Shown here: in pieces, positions 43,592-53,062 of the stretch
Numbering within the stretch: the stretch's first letter is position 1
How the letters are laid out: every line of letters starts with the position of its first letter
From: a virus
Direction: 5' to 3' (one strand)
DNA: 64,000 bases
Virus record (IMG/VR): IMGVR_UViG_3300042359_000621
Notes under the pieces: generated by a model
Seen by the model: the letters and a program-made list of their open reading frames with translations, nothing else
The model's database searches: none
What the model was told of the DNA's origin: nothing
Made by a program: the position numbers and the translations under genes

Positions 43592-45319
43592 TTATCCAAA
43601 TACTAAAGCGTATTTTTTAGCTGAGTTTTCAATAAAACTCAAAATGTCAGAATCCATCTCTAAAATCCCTTGGTGAGAGATGGATGTCACAGTGTTTGTA
43701 TAATAATATGCGACTGTGATCAAATAACTCCCATTCGCAAAACCTGAAGTCCCACTGATGGCAGTTACAGAGTCAATTACAGGGCTATACAATCCCAATT
43801 CTGAAACAGGAACAGTAGTTGCCACTCCGCCAGATCCAGTTAAAGTAATAGTTTGAGTCGCTTCGCCTAACTGCACTGGAGTGGTAAACTTATTCCCCCC
43901 TACCCAAATCCATATATCTGTAGCATTGAAGTTCCCTTTTGAATTTCCTGCTATGACATCAAGATAGTCGGATCTGATATTTGTGGGATGCGTTAATTTA
44001 ATCTGCAATTGTATTGAAGAGCTTAACGTTACATTCCCTGCCACAATTGCTTTTCCGCAACCGTTCAATGTCCCGACCTTAGCTCTTAATGTTTGACCCG
44101 ACCCTAGCTCCGAAACTGCAAAACAAGTCCCATTCCCGTTAATAGCAACGATTTGATTGGCAGTGTTGGCAACCAGCCCAAAGACACCACGCTCTCCCAC
44201 ACCAATAAATGATCTGCCATTTACTATTCCCGATCCTGATAAGGCGATCGCACTTAAACCCGTATCAGGGACAATCCGACGCAGATCCAACCCCGCACTA
44301 ATCAAATTACCAATGATTGCAGCCACACCCGAATAATAGCCAACACGCTCCCCGATTGATAGACTGACTTCTATCTGGGCATTCTCGGCTACTCTCCCCC
44401 CTAAACTTGCCACGTCAACCTGAATCTCCACAGCAACTAGATAGGCATATCCCGATAGCAAATCTTTTTCTAAAATTAATCCCGAATTGTTGTTGGTATA
44501 AGTAATTCTTTGATTAATTCCCGTCATCTCCCCACCTCCAGAGGCGGAGGTATCCAGAGATCCATCGGTCAATTTGACGTATCCTAAAAATGTCAAATTG
44601 ACCGCACCCGCACCAAAAAACAGATCAGTTAAGTCTGTATCCCCCCACGATATCCCTACTGATATGGATCTCCCCGCAAAATAGGGAGATGTCGTTTCGT
44701 TTCTTAGCCAAAATTTGACGGGCTCGGAATAACTTCTGTCAACTGCATAATCGGGACGGATAATAATTTCTTTTTGCTCATCTGTGAACTCAGAAAGCAA
44801 CCTATCACAGCCGTTTACCGAACGAGTTGATGTAACTAAGGTTTGGAATTCTTGGGGATAAACCCTCAGCCACTGACTGTCTTGCCATTCTCTGATTTCT
44901 CCCCATTCGTCAACGTAAACCCGCATCCCGTCAATTTTATTAACAGGGATTTGAGAGGTATTCGCTACGCTTTTTTGGGTAACGAAGTATTCATTTTTGT
45001 TAAGTGTTAGCGTCCCAGGTAAAGTATCTGAAGCTGAGTAAGCGGCTATAACATAAGCAGCTAAATAGGTATTTGTCGGGGAGAATGACAGCACATAGGA
45101 GACTGGATCATACCCATCACAATTACAGTCAGGCACAATTACAGTCACGCCTTGACCTGTTGTTAAACTAATGGCTGTTGGTGGGGAATACAGGTTAAAT
45201 CCTTGGCGGTTCCGCATCTGCCAATATAGAGATCCTGCTACCGAACCCGTTAGGCTTCCCGAAATTACCGAGACAACCGGAGCAGGAATTTGAGAGGGAA
45301 TACCAGCGTAAGTCAGCAT
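43592..45319 (-). CDS. tail / receptor-binding-type structural protein
   Basis: 575 aa, G/S/T/V-rich beta-type composition within the tail block. Confidence 0.5.
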   Translation of the reverse strand: MLTYAGIPSQIPAPVVSVISGSLTGSVAGSLYWQMRNRQGFNLYSPPTAISLTTGQGVTVIVPDCNCDGYDPVSYVLSFSPTNTYLAAYVIAAYSASDTLPGTLTLNKNEYFVTQKSVANTSQIPVNKIDGMRVYVDEWGEIREWQDSQWLRVYPQEFQTLVTSTRSVNGCDRLLSEFTDEQKEIIIRPDYAVDRSYSEPVKFWLRNETTSPYFAGRSISVGISWGDTDLTDLFFGAGAVNLTFLGYVKLTDGSLDTSASGGGEMTGINQRITYTNNNSGLILEKDLLSGYAYLVAVEIQVDVASLGGRVAENAQIEVSLSIGERVGYYSGVAAIIGNLISAGLDLRRIVPDTGLSAIALSGSGIVNGRSFIGVGERGVFGLVANTANQIVAINGNGTCFAVSELGSGQTLRAKVGTLNGCGKAIVAGNVTLSSSIQLQIKLTHPTNIRSDYLDVIAGNSKGNFNATDIWIWVGGNKFTTPVQLGEATQTITLTGSGGVATTVPVSELGLYSPVIDSVTAISGTSGFANGSYLITVAYYYTNTVTSISHQGILEMDSDILSFIENSAKKYALVFG

Positions 45320-45338
45320 ATTTTAACCTTGTACTCAT

Positions 45339-45545
45339 TTAACCTTGTACAACTTGCCATTTTCCATTGTGTTTAAAGGCGATCGCCTTACCAGTAACCA
45401 CGCCTTTGGCTACAAAACTTTTACCCATCCCAGAGAATACAGATCCACTACTCCCTAGGGGGTAAGCCTTGCCAATTAACACTGATTTGTTACGACCATT
45501 TAATCTACTTAAAGTCTGAGATGCGATTTGATTTACCGTCGCCAT
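45339..45545 (-). CDS. small structural-block protein
   Basis: ORF in array. Confidence 0.45.
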   Translation of the reverse strand: MATVNQIASQTLSRLNGRNKSVLIGKAYPLGSSGSVFSGMGKSFVAKGVVTGKAIAFKHNGKWQVVQG

Positions 45546-45706
45546 GCTACTGATTCCCTTAATGTTCTGGTTTGGTTTGTTGCTGTTACTGTTTTCCCTC
45601 TATATCTGCCCGTAATGGAACTTCCTGAAACATTCCAAGTTGGTTGTCCATCAGATAATATTTTAAGTAATTTAGCTGCTAATTCTCTTTCTTTTGGGGA
45701 TGACAT
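45533..45706 (-). CDS. 57-aa protein (below ORF-track cutoff)
   Basis: ATG 2 nt after upstream TAA; fills a 163-nt gap; hand translation MSSPKERELAAKLLKILSDGQPTW.. Confidence 0.35.
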   Translation of the reverse strand: MSSPKERELAAKLLKILSDGQPTWNVSGSSITGRYRGKTVTATNQTRTLRESVAWRR

Positions 45707-45708
45707 TC

Positions 45709-48153
45709 TTAATTTCTCCGACTGGGGACAGTTGGGGGCAAAACCCCTCCTAAAGTAATTATAGTGGCATTATTGTCTACTTTTGGATCTTCTCCTTGAT
45801 TATTGTCCGAACCTTCGTTAGACGGGACGGTATCTTTTCTTGTCTCAACACGAATAGAACGACTTTCCCACAATCCCAGTGTCAACTTCGTGCCGTCCGT
45901 TTTGCAGATTGGATCTAATCCATAGGCATTTTGGCTTCCGTCATATTCCAGTGTGTAGGAAGCCGATAAGACTCTAAATCTCCCCCGAAATCTATCCCCA
46001 CTGAAAGTGCAAAAATCTCCCCCTTCAATGTTCGGGAAGTGCCAGCTAACTGTCCGGGTTTCTTGGGTACTTTGAAGGGTGTTAATTGTAAGTTGAGTTT
46101 TGGCAGCTTTTTCTGCTTGACTAAGTGTAGAGGCAGCCCCAAAATTTAGACTTTCTCCCCCTTCTGATGCCCACTCAGGGATTGAATCAGAATAGACAAA
46201 GTATCGTTTTGTAACCCTACTTGTTATAACCCTACTTAGTGGCGGTTTTGGTTGTTGTTGCTCCCATGTTGTTTTCCTGTATTGAGCTTCTGGTGGCCTC
46301 CCTTGGATCTCTCGATATCGAATATTCTCAACCCCATCAACAAACCCTGCTCCCGATGCGGTTAATTCCACTATCTTCTCGGTTGAATATTCGTCGTTCT
46401 TTTTAGTCCAAATTGATTGATAATAGCTCTCCTCACCCGCCACCAAAGCGGGGAGGGGATCTTCTTCGGTTGAGTCAGGGTGAGCCATTGTTGCAATCGA
46501 AGACGCTTGCCTAGATTCTGTCCACACCAGCATTGGCTCTACAAAATCCATGTCGGCAGTAATTAAGCCCACTTTCAACCTTTGATTAGAACCCTCTCTT
46601 GGGGGTGTAACTTTTGAGAACATCATTCGCTGCATCTGCTCGTCCATTTCATCCCAAAAAACCCACTCAATGCTGTAGGGAACTGCATCCTGTTCATAGT
46701 CTGCGCGCATTGATTTTAGATAAAACTTAGTTTCATCCCACCTGTTTATTCTTTGAAATTTAACTACTTTCCACCAAGGATCAGGGAGTAGCCTTCCTGT
46801 CTTGACCAGCCCCCACTGTAGTCTTTCTTGACCTGGTGGGCCAACATAAACCCATCCCGGTATCATTTCTTCTATCATTCCCTCCCCACCAACAAAAATC
46901 ATCTCACGGGTATCGGTGTCTCCTCCTATTTCTTCTTGTTGAAATCGGCTTAATTTCCATCCAGACGTGACAATACTTGTTAAATATTTAGCCTTTGAAG
47001 CCTTAAACTTAATCCCATCAAACCCCACACTTTCTACATAATCTTCATAATCTGGATGCACAACTAATTCATACTTTATTTCTTGTGTGTTTTGAGGTTT
47101 AGCAAGTGTGTAAATCGGTGAAACCACCTCCTGATAATAATAACGAGTTTCCTGATATTCGATTAGCTTCCAGAAGTTTGCCGGATTATAAATTATCAAT
47201 CCATCGGGCGTTTCCACAAAATCTTTTAAATAATAAGCAAATCCCCACGTCTCGATAACCTCTCTGTCTGTTTGCCCGTCAATTGTATAAGTTGTTCTCC
47301 TGACTTTCTTGGGGCCGGATTGGTCTAAGTTGCTATCTAAACTCCTTAAAATAGTTGTTCCTTTTGGTGGGTTTGTTACGTCTTGGTCGTATTCATATTC
47401 GGTTTTAAGTTCAGGTTCTTTTTCCTCGAATTCGGGAGGTGAATTTGGGTCAACTTGCTCTTTGTTACTTTCCCTTGGAGTCCATGTCAACGCGGCTCCA
47501 TTGTAATAGGGTGCGACTCCTAACTGGTTAGATCCGTCCGCTATTTGTTCTCCCCAACTAAAACTATAAGAAGAGCCAGAATTGATATTCTTCAATCCGA
47601 CAAACTGCCCATAATGGACGTAACAGCCTTGTACTAAGGCATATTCCCCAAGTACGTCATCCAGGGAAATCATAGAGTCTTCGCCAACTTCATCAATGAA
47701 GATGTTAAACCCACCAGACAAATTGACCCCCGCCTTGGATGCCAACCGACTCGCCGATAATGTCCCCGTGGCAATATTAACCAAAGGCTTGATTTTCACC
47801 GACCGTGAACAGTAAACCTTCCACCATCCTTCTAGGTTGATTGAGACAGTATAAACATTTATTTTCTGGGTTCCTTTATATAAATATCCAGTTCTTTCGT
47901 AGCCATAACCGCCATCGGGAGCAACTCTAAATGGAATCCCATCTATGGTGATTCTTGTATTCCTTGAAGGATCATAAACCTGCTCGTAACTGCTAATATC
48001 TTCTTCTGTAATCCCTTCATAGGTAATTGAGGCACTGGGATGATCTTGGAAACTTTTTGTAACAGTTAATGATCCCAGTTTTATCGGAACTGGAAGGTCA
48101 GGGGGATTTTTGACAATATTACTTTTAAATAATGGACGGGAAACAATAGGCAT
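45709..48153 (-). CDS. large tail/baseplate-type structural protein
   Basis: 814-aa ORF in tail block; no motif named. Confidence 0.55.
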   Translation of the reverse strand: MPIVSRPLFKSNIVKNPPDLPVPIKLGSLTVTKSFQDHPSASITYEGITEEDISSYEQVYDPSRNTRITIDGIPFRVAPDGGYGYERTGYLYKGTQKINVYTVSINLEGWWKVYCSRSVKIKPLVNIATGTLSASRLASKAGVNLSGGFNIFIDEVGEDSMISLDDVLGEYALVQGCYVHYGQFVGLKNINSGSSYSFSWGEQIADGSNQLGVAPYYNGAALTWTPRESNKEQVDPNSPPEFEEKEPELKTEYEYDQDVTNPPKGTTILRSLDSNLDQSGPKKVRRTTYTIDGQTDREVIETWGFAYYLKDFVETPDGLIIYNPANFWKLIEYQETRYYYQEVVSPIYTLAKPQNTQEIKYELVVHPDYEDYVESVGFDGIKFKASKAKYLTSIVTSGWKLSRFQQEEIGGDTDTREMIFVGGEGMIEEMIPGWVYVGPPGQERLQWGLVKTGRLLPDPWWKVVKFQRINRWDETKFYLKSMRADYEQDAVPYSIEWVFWDEMDEQMQRMMFSKVTPPREGSNQRLKVGLITADMDFVEPMLVWTESRQASSIATMAHPDSTEEDPLPALVAGEESYYQSIWTKKNDEYSTEKIVELTASGAGFVDGVENIRYREIQGRPPEAQYRKTTWEQQQPKPPLSRVITSRVTKRYFVYSDSIPEWASEGGESLNFGAASTLSQAEKAAKTQLTINTLQSTQETRTVSWHFPNIEGGDFCTFSGDRFRGRFRVLSASYTLEYDGSQNAYGLDPICKTDGTKLTLGLWESRSIRVETRKDTVPSNEGSDNNQGEDPKVDNNATIITLGGVLPPTVPSRRN

Positions 48154-48157
48154 AATA

Positions 48158-48877
48158 TCAAGTGATTAATTTTAAAGATTGAATGGCATCATCCCAGAAA
48201 AACTGACCAGGTGTAAATTCTCCCTGTTGCTCAACAAACCGTCTGCCTCTCCATTCTACATAATCAATAAATCCCAAGTTCTCCCCAATATTAAAAACAT
48301 TGAGTTGACCAATTAGCTCCTGAGGTGCGGTATATTGCCCTGTCATCTCCAAAGTTTCCCCTCCTCTAATCCGACAGCAGGAATTAGAGCAATCAATCAC
48401 AACTCGCTCCCCTACTTGCCCAAAATTAAGAGGGACACCTCTATTTAAAACTTGAGACACAATCATTCCTGAAGGAACGGTAACTATCAACTCACACATT
48501 ACCCTGGGGATAGGGGCGTTAAATTCTATGGTTAAATTAATACTATCAGGAACGGTATTAGTCGCAAAATAGACAGTAGTATTTTGTAAATAGAATCTTT
48601 GCCCAGTCAATCTATCTGGGTTTGTGGCTTGAATAAAATTGTTTATCCCGACCCGTAGAACAGCTAAAAAAGGCAGGTTTATTTTATAAAGGGTAAAGAC
48701 GGCATCAGGGGTTGTTAGCTCTGTTGGGGAAGGGTTAACGCCAGGGTATTTGTGAAATGTTTTAGTTTGAAATAAAGGAGCTAATGTCTGATTTCCTTGT
48801 GCAGACAAAATAGGAGCCGATAAATTAAATGGACTCAGGATTGTTGCGGGTAAGTTAGAATTAGAGAGCGTGAACAT
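48158..48877 (-). CDS. structural-block protein
   Basis: ORF 4 nt upstream of the 814-aa gene. Confidence 0.5.
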   Translation of the reverse strand: MFTLSNSNLPATILSPFNLSAPILSAQGNQTLAPLFQTKTFHKYPGVNPSPTELTTPDAVFTLYKINLPFLAVLRVGINNFIQATNPDRLTGQRFYLQNTTVYFATNTVPDSINLTIEFNAPIPRVMCELIVTVPSGMIVSQVLNRGVPLNFGQVGERVVIDCSNSCCRIRGGETLEMTGQYTAPQELIGQLNVFNIGENLGFIDYVEWRGRRFVEQQGEFTPGQFFWDDAIQSLKLIT

Positions 48878-48908
48878 AAAAAATTAATTTAACTACTAAT
48901 ATTATCCC

Positions 48909-49325
48909 GTGAATTATCGCCAAGAATTAAAACAGACCATAGAATTGTTTGTCCCTCAAGTTGAACAAGCATTTCTCAAAGCATTCTTTCTAAAAGACCT
49001 CGATTTTGGGCGGGATTTAATGGTGGGGGAGCGGACGGGTGCGATAGATTGGTATACCTCTGACCTGGGATCTCTTGTAGGAAACGTGATGATTTCGATG
49101 GGTTGTAGCTCCCGATTAAATGCCGAGATAGAAAAAGCAACCGAGGCGATTTATGCCAGACACGGGATATTTTCCATCAACGAGGAGGTTGTTAGAGCCA
49201 TAGAGCTTTCAACCGCCAAGGTACAGCTAAAAGGGGAAGTTAACGCTACAACAGTGCAACAAACTTCTTCTCGGCTCTGGGTAGCAATTTCCACGTTTCA
49301 AATTGACTGTTTTATTGGGTTGTGA
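48909..49325 (+). CDS. lone rightward ORF between tail block and terL (GTG start)
   Basis: Only a long open frame supports it; non-ATG start. Confidence 0.35.
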   Translation: MNYRQELKQTIELFVPQVEQAFLKAFFLKDLDFGRDLMVGERTGAIDWYTSDLGSLVGNVMISMGCSSRLNAEIEKATEAIYARHGIFSINEEVVRAIELSTAKVQLKGEVNATTVQQTSSRLWVAISTFQIDCFIGL

Positions 49326-49326
49326 T

Positions 49327-50931
49327 CTATTTTTTCATCCAATCAGCCAGTCCTTCTCGGTAAGTTTTAGCAAACGCATAGCATACCGCATCGGCTAAGT
49401 TAGGCGATCGCCCGATAATACTCTTAATATCATCTTTTTTGGTAATCATTATTGTTTTCCCAGACTCCCACCACCGGAATGCACAGAGTTCTTCTTTTAA
49501 TTGATCATCGGGAGGTAAACAGATCGGGATTTGATTCTTGGGGTCTAATAAGTCTCGCAGATTCCAGTACCAATAAGTCCGCATATTAGCAAAAGTCAAG
49601 AGTCCGCTTTTGTCTTTCAAATACTCGCCGTTTCCATCCTTCGCGGCTTCACTTCCTTTCAAGGGAATAACGTGCATTTTCATCCCTCGACAGGTATCGT
49701 GAACCGCAGCACCCACCCCAATTACGTCAATTTGTACCTTTACCCCAATGTTCGCCATACAGGAGGCAATCTGCTGTGCGACAATATTGCTGTCTGGGGT
49801 CTGGCTTCCATCAAATTCCCTGAGTCTATCAAGCCAGTTGTCCCATCGCAGAGCCAACACTGTCTTATCTATCCCACCCCTCGCCACATCCACACCAATA
49901 TGGGACATTTTTAAGGTTTGAGGATAGTCAACCCATCGTTGCATCGCCAAAGTGACCCAATCCCCAGGAATAACTTGATAGGGGTCTGATTCTGGCTCGA
50001 TGGTCATGTCGCCATAGAGAAGCTGCGATCGCAAAGGTTCAGGGAGAGATTGCAGCACCCCTCTATATCCTGAATCTTTCAGGAAAGGATTGTCGTCTAG
50101 TGTCGCTCGAATAAATGTGCGGGATCGGGGTTCTAAGTCTTCGTCTCCAATTCTGATCTTTTTAGGCTTGGGATAATAGAGTTTTCCCTCAACCTTTACA
50201 GGATCAAGAGAAGAAACCTCGTGGATTTCCTTGCCAATCGTGAGATAAAAGCTATCAACATCTACTTCTTGGTCTTTCCCGTTTACCCCCACAAACCAGC
50301 GCAACTCACCTGGTTCGGCAAGGTGTCTTCCCGTCTGAGATTCATATTTTGGATCAAGCCAGGGAGCCAGATAACCAATAATCCATCGCCCACTTACTTG
50401 ACTGGGAGGATTAAACGTAAAGATTACTCGGCATTTTTGATGGGGATCGGGACTTCTGCACCAACCCGTTAAAAAGAGGAATTGCTCAAGGGAGAATTCT
50501 GTCACCTCGTCTACTGCCTTGAGATCGTGTTCAATCCCTCGCCAGTTTTCAATATCACTTTCATGTTGCGCCGCGCCAAACTTTAGAGTTCTCCCTCCGG
50601 GTATTTTCCTCCACAGCTTTTCGTTACTATTGTAAGTAGCCCCACTCCCCCGTAATAATAGCCGTGATTTTTCAATAATATCTAGCAGCCGAGGATACTC
50701 TCGCCGGAAAACAATTGATTTCCGGTGTTGTGTCACCGCCATAATCTGAATGATTGCGGTTTTCCCCCCTCCAGCACTCCCCCCAAACCCAATAATGTCA
50801 GCATGGGAAGACAAAGCCATTCTTTGTGGTTCACTTTTGGGTTCCCAAGGGTTCCAGTTTGCAATACTCTGTCCAGTAAATCCTAATTTGTCTAATACAG
50901 AAGGGTAGCCACTATGTCTTTGTTTTGTCAC
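49327..50931 (-). CDS. terL: terminase large subunit
   Basis: Walker A GFGGSAGGGKT, Walker B ..LKAVDEVTEF.., C-terminal nuclease-type region; divergent from portal. Confidence 0.85.
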   Translation of the reverse strand: MTKQRHSGYPSVLDKLGFTGQSIANWNPWEPKSEPQRMALSSHADIIGFGGSAGGGKTAIIQIMAVTQHRKSIVFRREYPRLLDIIEKSRLLLRGSGATYNSNEKLWRKIPGGRTLKFGAAQHESDIENWRGIEHDLKAVDEVTEFSLEQFLFLTGWCRSPDPHQKCRVIFTFNPPSQVSGRWIIGYLAPWLDPKYESQTGRHLAEPGELRWFVGVNGKDQEVDVDSFYLTIGKEIHEVSSLDPVKVEGKLYYPKPKKIRIGDEDLEPRSRTFIRATLDDNPFLKDSGYRGVLQSLPEPLRSQLLYGDMTIEPESDPYQVIPGDWVTLAMQRWVDYPQTLKMSHIGVDVARGGIDKTVLALRWDNWLDRLREFDGSQTPDSNIVAQQIASCMANIGVKVQIDVIGVGAAVHDTCRGMKMHVIPLKGSEAAKDGNGEYLKDKSGLLTFANMRTYWYWNLRDLLDPKNQIPICLPPDDQLKEELCAFRWWESGKTIMITKKDDIKSIIGRSPNLADAVCYAFAKTYREGLADWMKK

Positions 50932-51023
50932 CTATCTTCCCCGTATAACCAATTGTGATTTTAATTTTTATCCTTCCCTTTGAAGATGGTCTAGTTGCTC
51001 TATTTAGAACAATTCTTTCCATA

Positions 51024-51683
51024 TTAAAACTCCGTAGGAACACTTACCCCAAAATTAATTAACCAGTTATATAACCTAGACCTATCCTTAACAAAATCAT
51101 CGTCCAATGGTTCGTTTTCTAAGTTTTCATCCCCACCTGTTGTTTCCCCTTTGGCTAACTCCTCCGCCTGTTTTAGTCTATCATTTGCTTGTTTACATAG
51201 CTTTGCCAAATCATCTAAAGAGTAATGATTTTCAAGTCCTCCCACCTTAAATATTAAGATAGCATCCGCTATAATATCAAGGGCTAAATCTCCCGTTGTA
51301 ATAAGCTCCTGGGGAAGTAATTTAGAGTCTGTCCCATCTTCGGGATACTTGTAACCTAATAATTGTTCTAGTAAACTCAATCCTGGGATTAGCTGCTCTC
51401 GATAGGTGATTGGCTCCGTTGCTATAAAAAAATGATGGCGTGATTCTTGAGTTAATTGGTCAGGATCAAACTCAAAAAAATGAGCTATTTTTAAATAATG
51501 ATAACGAAACCGAGGGAAAAGGTAATCATCCATTTTCTCTGGGTAAATGTGAAGCCCTGCAATGGACTTCTTTAAATCCAAAAGATATGCAGATAGTTTC
51601 CTAGACTCTCTAATAGCCACAGGGAAAACCAAGATAAAATTCCCAGTCTGATAATTTAATCGGAAGTGCAACATTAAAGCCAC
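51024..51683 (-). CDS. hypothetical protein upstream of terL
   Basis: ORF in array; a TerS role is possible by position only. Confidence 0.45.
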   Translation of the reverse strand: MALMLHFRLNYQTGNFILVFPVAIRESRKLSAYLLDLKKSIAGLHIYPEKMDDYLFPRFRYHYLKIAHFFEFDPDQLTQESRHHFFIATEPITYREQLIPGLSLLEQLLGYKYPEDGTDSKLLPQELITTGDLALDIIADAILIFKVGGLENHYSLDDLAKLCKQANDRLKQAEELAKGETTGGDENLENEPLDDDFVKDRSRLYNWLINFGVSVPTEF

Positions 51684-52315
51684 TCCTCCTGACTATCTTG
51701 CCAATTAACTAACTTGATTCTATTGCCAAATAATGGCTCGAATTCGCATTGTTTTAATTCCAAATATCGCCACCTTCGATTTAGGGATTCCCCTTCCTTG
51801 AAGACAAGATGGGCATCTAATTTTTCTATGGGTTCCTGTAGCTCTTGGGTCGCTTCACGGTAAATCACCTGCGTCCTAATTTTTACCGTTTGCCCAGAAA
51901 GATTGGGAGAAGCATAGATTTTCCCGCCTTCTTCAACCACGATTTGAGATTGACCTGTAATCCTATCTACTAATTCTACTGTTAGAGGCGATTTATTATC
52001 GGCATTTGGGAAGTAATAAGCGATCGCCTCGCTATCTGGTTTAGGGATTTTAATATCATATTTTGAAGCATTGCCAGAGAGGGATAATTGCCCACTATTC
52101 CCCGATAACCTCGCCTCTAAGAGCGTAAAGTCCAGAAATTCAGGGGTAACAGCCCATCGTTTTTTCCTGCACAATGCCGCGACTAATGGATGACCAGCTA
52201 ACTTTAACTCAATTTTATCTTCGTCAACCTTGACAGAAGAAGGCAACACCAAATCAGGAGGGGTGTACAACTCGCCTCCTGACTCCTTTACCCAAGCTCG
52301 GCAAACTTTACGCAT
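51674..52315 (-). CDS. hypothetical protein
   Basis: Start at MRKVC (52315) gives an ATGCGTAA overlap with the upstream stop. Confidence 0.45.
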   Translation of the reverse strand: MRKVCRAWVKESGGELYTPPDLVLPSSVKVDEDKIELKLAGHPLVAALCRKKRWAVTPEFLDFTLLEARLSGNSGQLSLSGNASKYDIKIPKPDSEAIAYYFPNADNKSPLTVELVDRITGQSQIVVEEGGKIYASPNLSGQTVKIRTQVIYREATQELQEPIEKLDAHLVFKEGESLNRRWRYLELKQCEFEPLFGNRIKLVNWQDSQEEWL

Positions 52316-52964
52316 TAACAGAAGCGGAGATCGCCTCCATGCTTGTAGGGTGATTTGCGAGGGTTTCAGTGCCTGTCCGTGAAACAGTAGGAGGGTTTCC
52401 CCCGTCATAAAAAATGGCTTGTGAAACCCCTGCAATATTCCGCCCACCAGAGGGGAGAATGAAGTACGTTTTTATCTCTCCTATTTTTCGCATTTTTGCG
52501 GTTCCCGATGCAGCAGTGGTTTGGGCGACAACAATATTACTAGGCGTGGTAGACCCACCTACATCGTAAGTAATTGTTACCCCAGGCAAGTCAGAAGTAA
52601 GGGTTAAAACATTGGTCGCTGCCGTTCCTGAAACCAAAGCAGATGCAGAAGGAACTCCATTAATCTCCTCTAAAAGTCTTGTTGCAATTGTGGTCGCAGT
52701 ATCACCTGACCTTTGGGTATGGGAGACAATAGCCGAGTTACCCCCGGCAGTGATTCCTATTAGGTAGTCATCCCCTGTACTCCCTGCTGTGATGGTCATG
52801 GTATTCACTTGAGACACCGCGCCACCAAAATCTGCCCAGGCTTCTAACACATCCTTTACCACCCCCCCTTCAGTAATTTGTGTCCGTACCCTTTTAAAAG
52901 GGATTGTTACCGTCAGGTCGGGTTGGGATGCAGGATAACTAATTGAGCCAATTGAAGAAGTCAT
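52308..52964 (-). CDS. hypothetical T/S/G/A-rich protein
   Basis: ATG at 52964 preferred over TTG at 52991. Confidence 0.45.
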   Translation of the reverse strand: MTSSIGSISYPASQPDLTVTIPFKRVRTQITEGGVVKDVLEAWADFGGAVSQVNTMTITAGSTGDDYLIGITAGGNSAIVSHTQRSGDTATTIATRLLEEINGVPSASALVSGTAATNVLTLTSDLPGVTITYDVGGSTTPSNIVVAQTTAASGTAKMRKIGEIKTYFILPSGGRNIAGVSQAIFYDGGNPPTVSRTGTETLANHPTSMEAISASVNA

Positions 52965-53062
52965 TTGTTTTGAGTAATAACTTATTAACAATATTATAAT
53001 TATAATTATGCCTTAAACTCAAAGATAATTCCGCAAAAAAATACCAATAACTTTATATAAAA

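Noticed and set aside
45528-45758. 76-aa plus-strand ORF
   Set aside because: It is antisense to the junction of three tightly packed minus-strand genes. The gap is better explained by the 57-aa minus-strand ORF 45533..45706.
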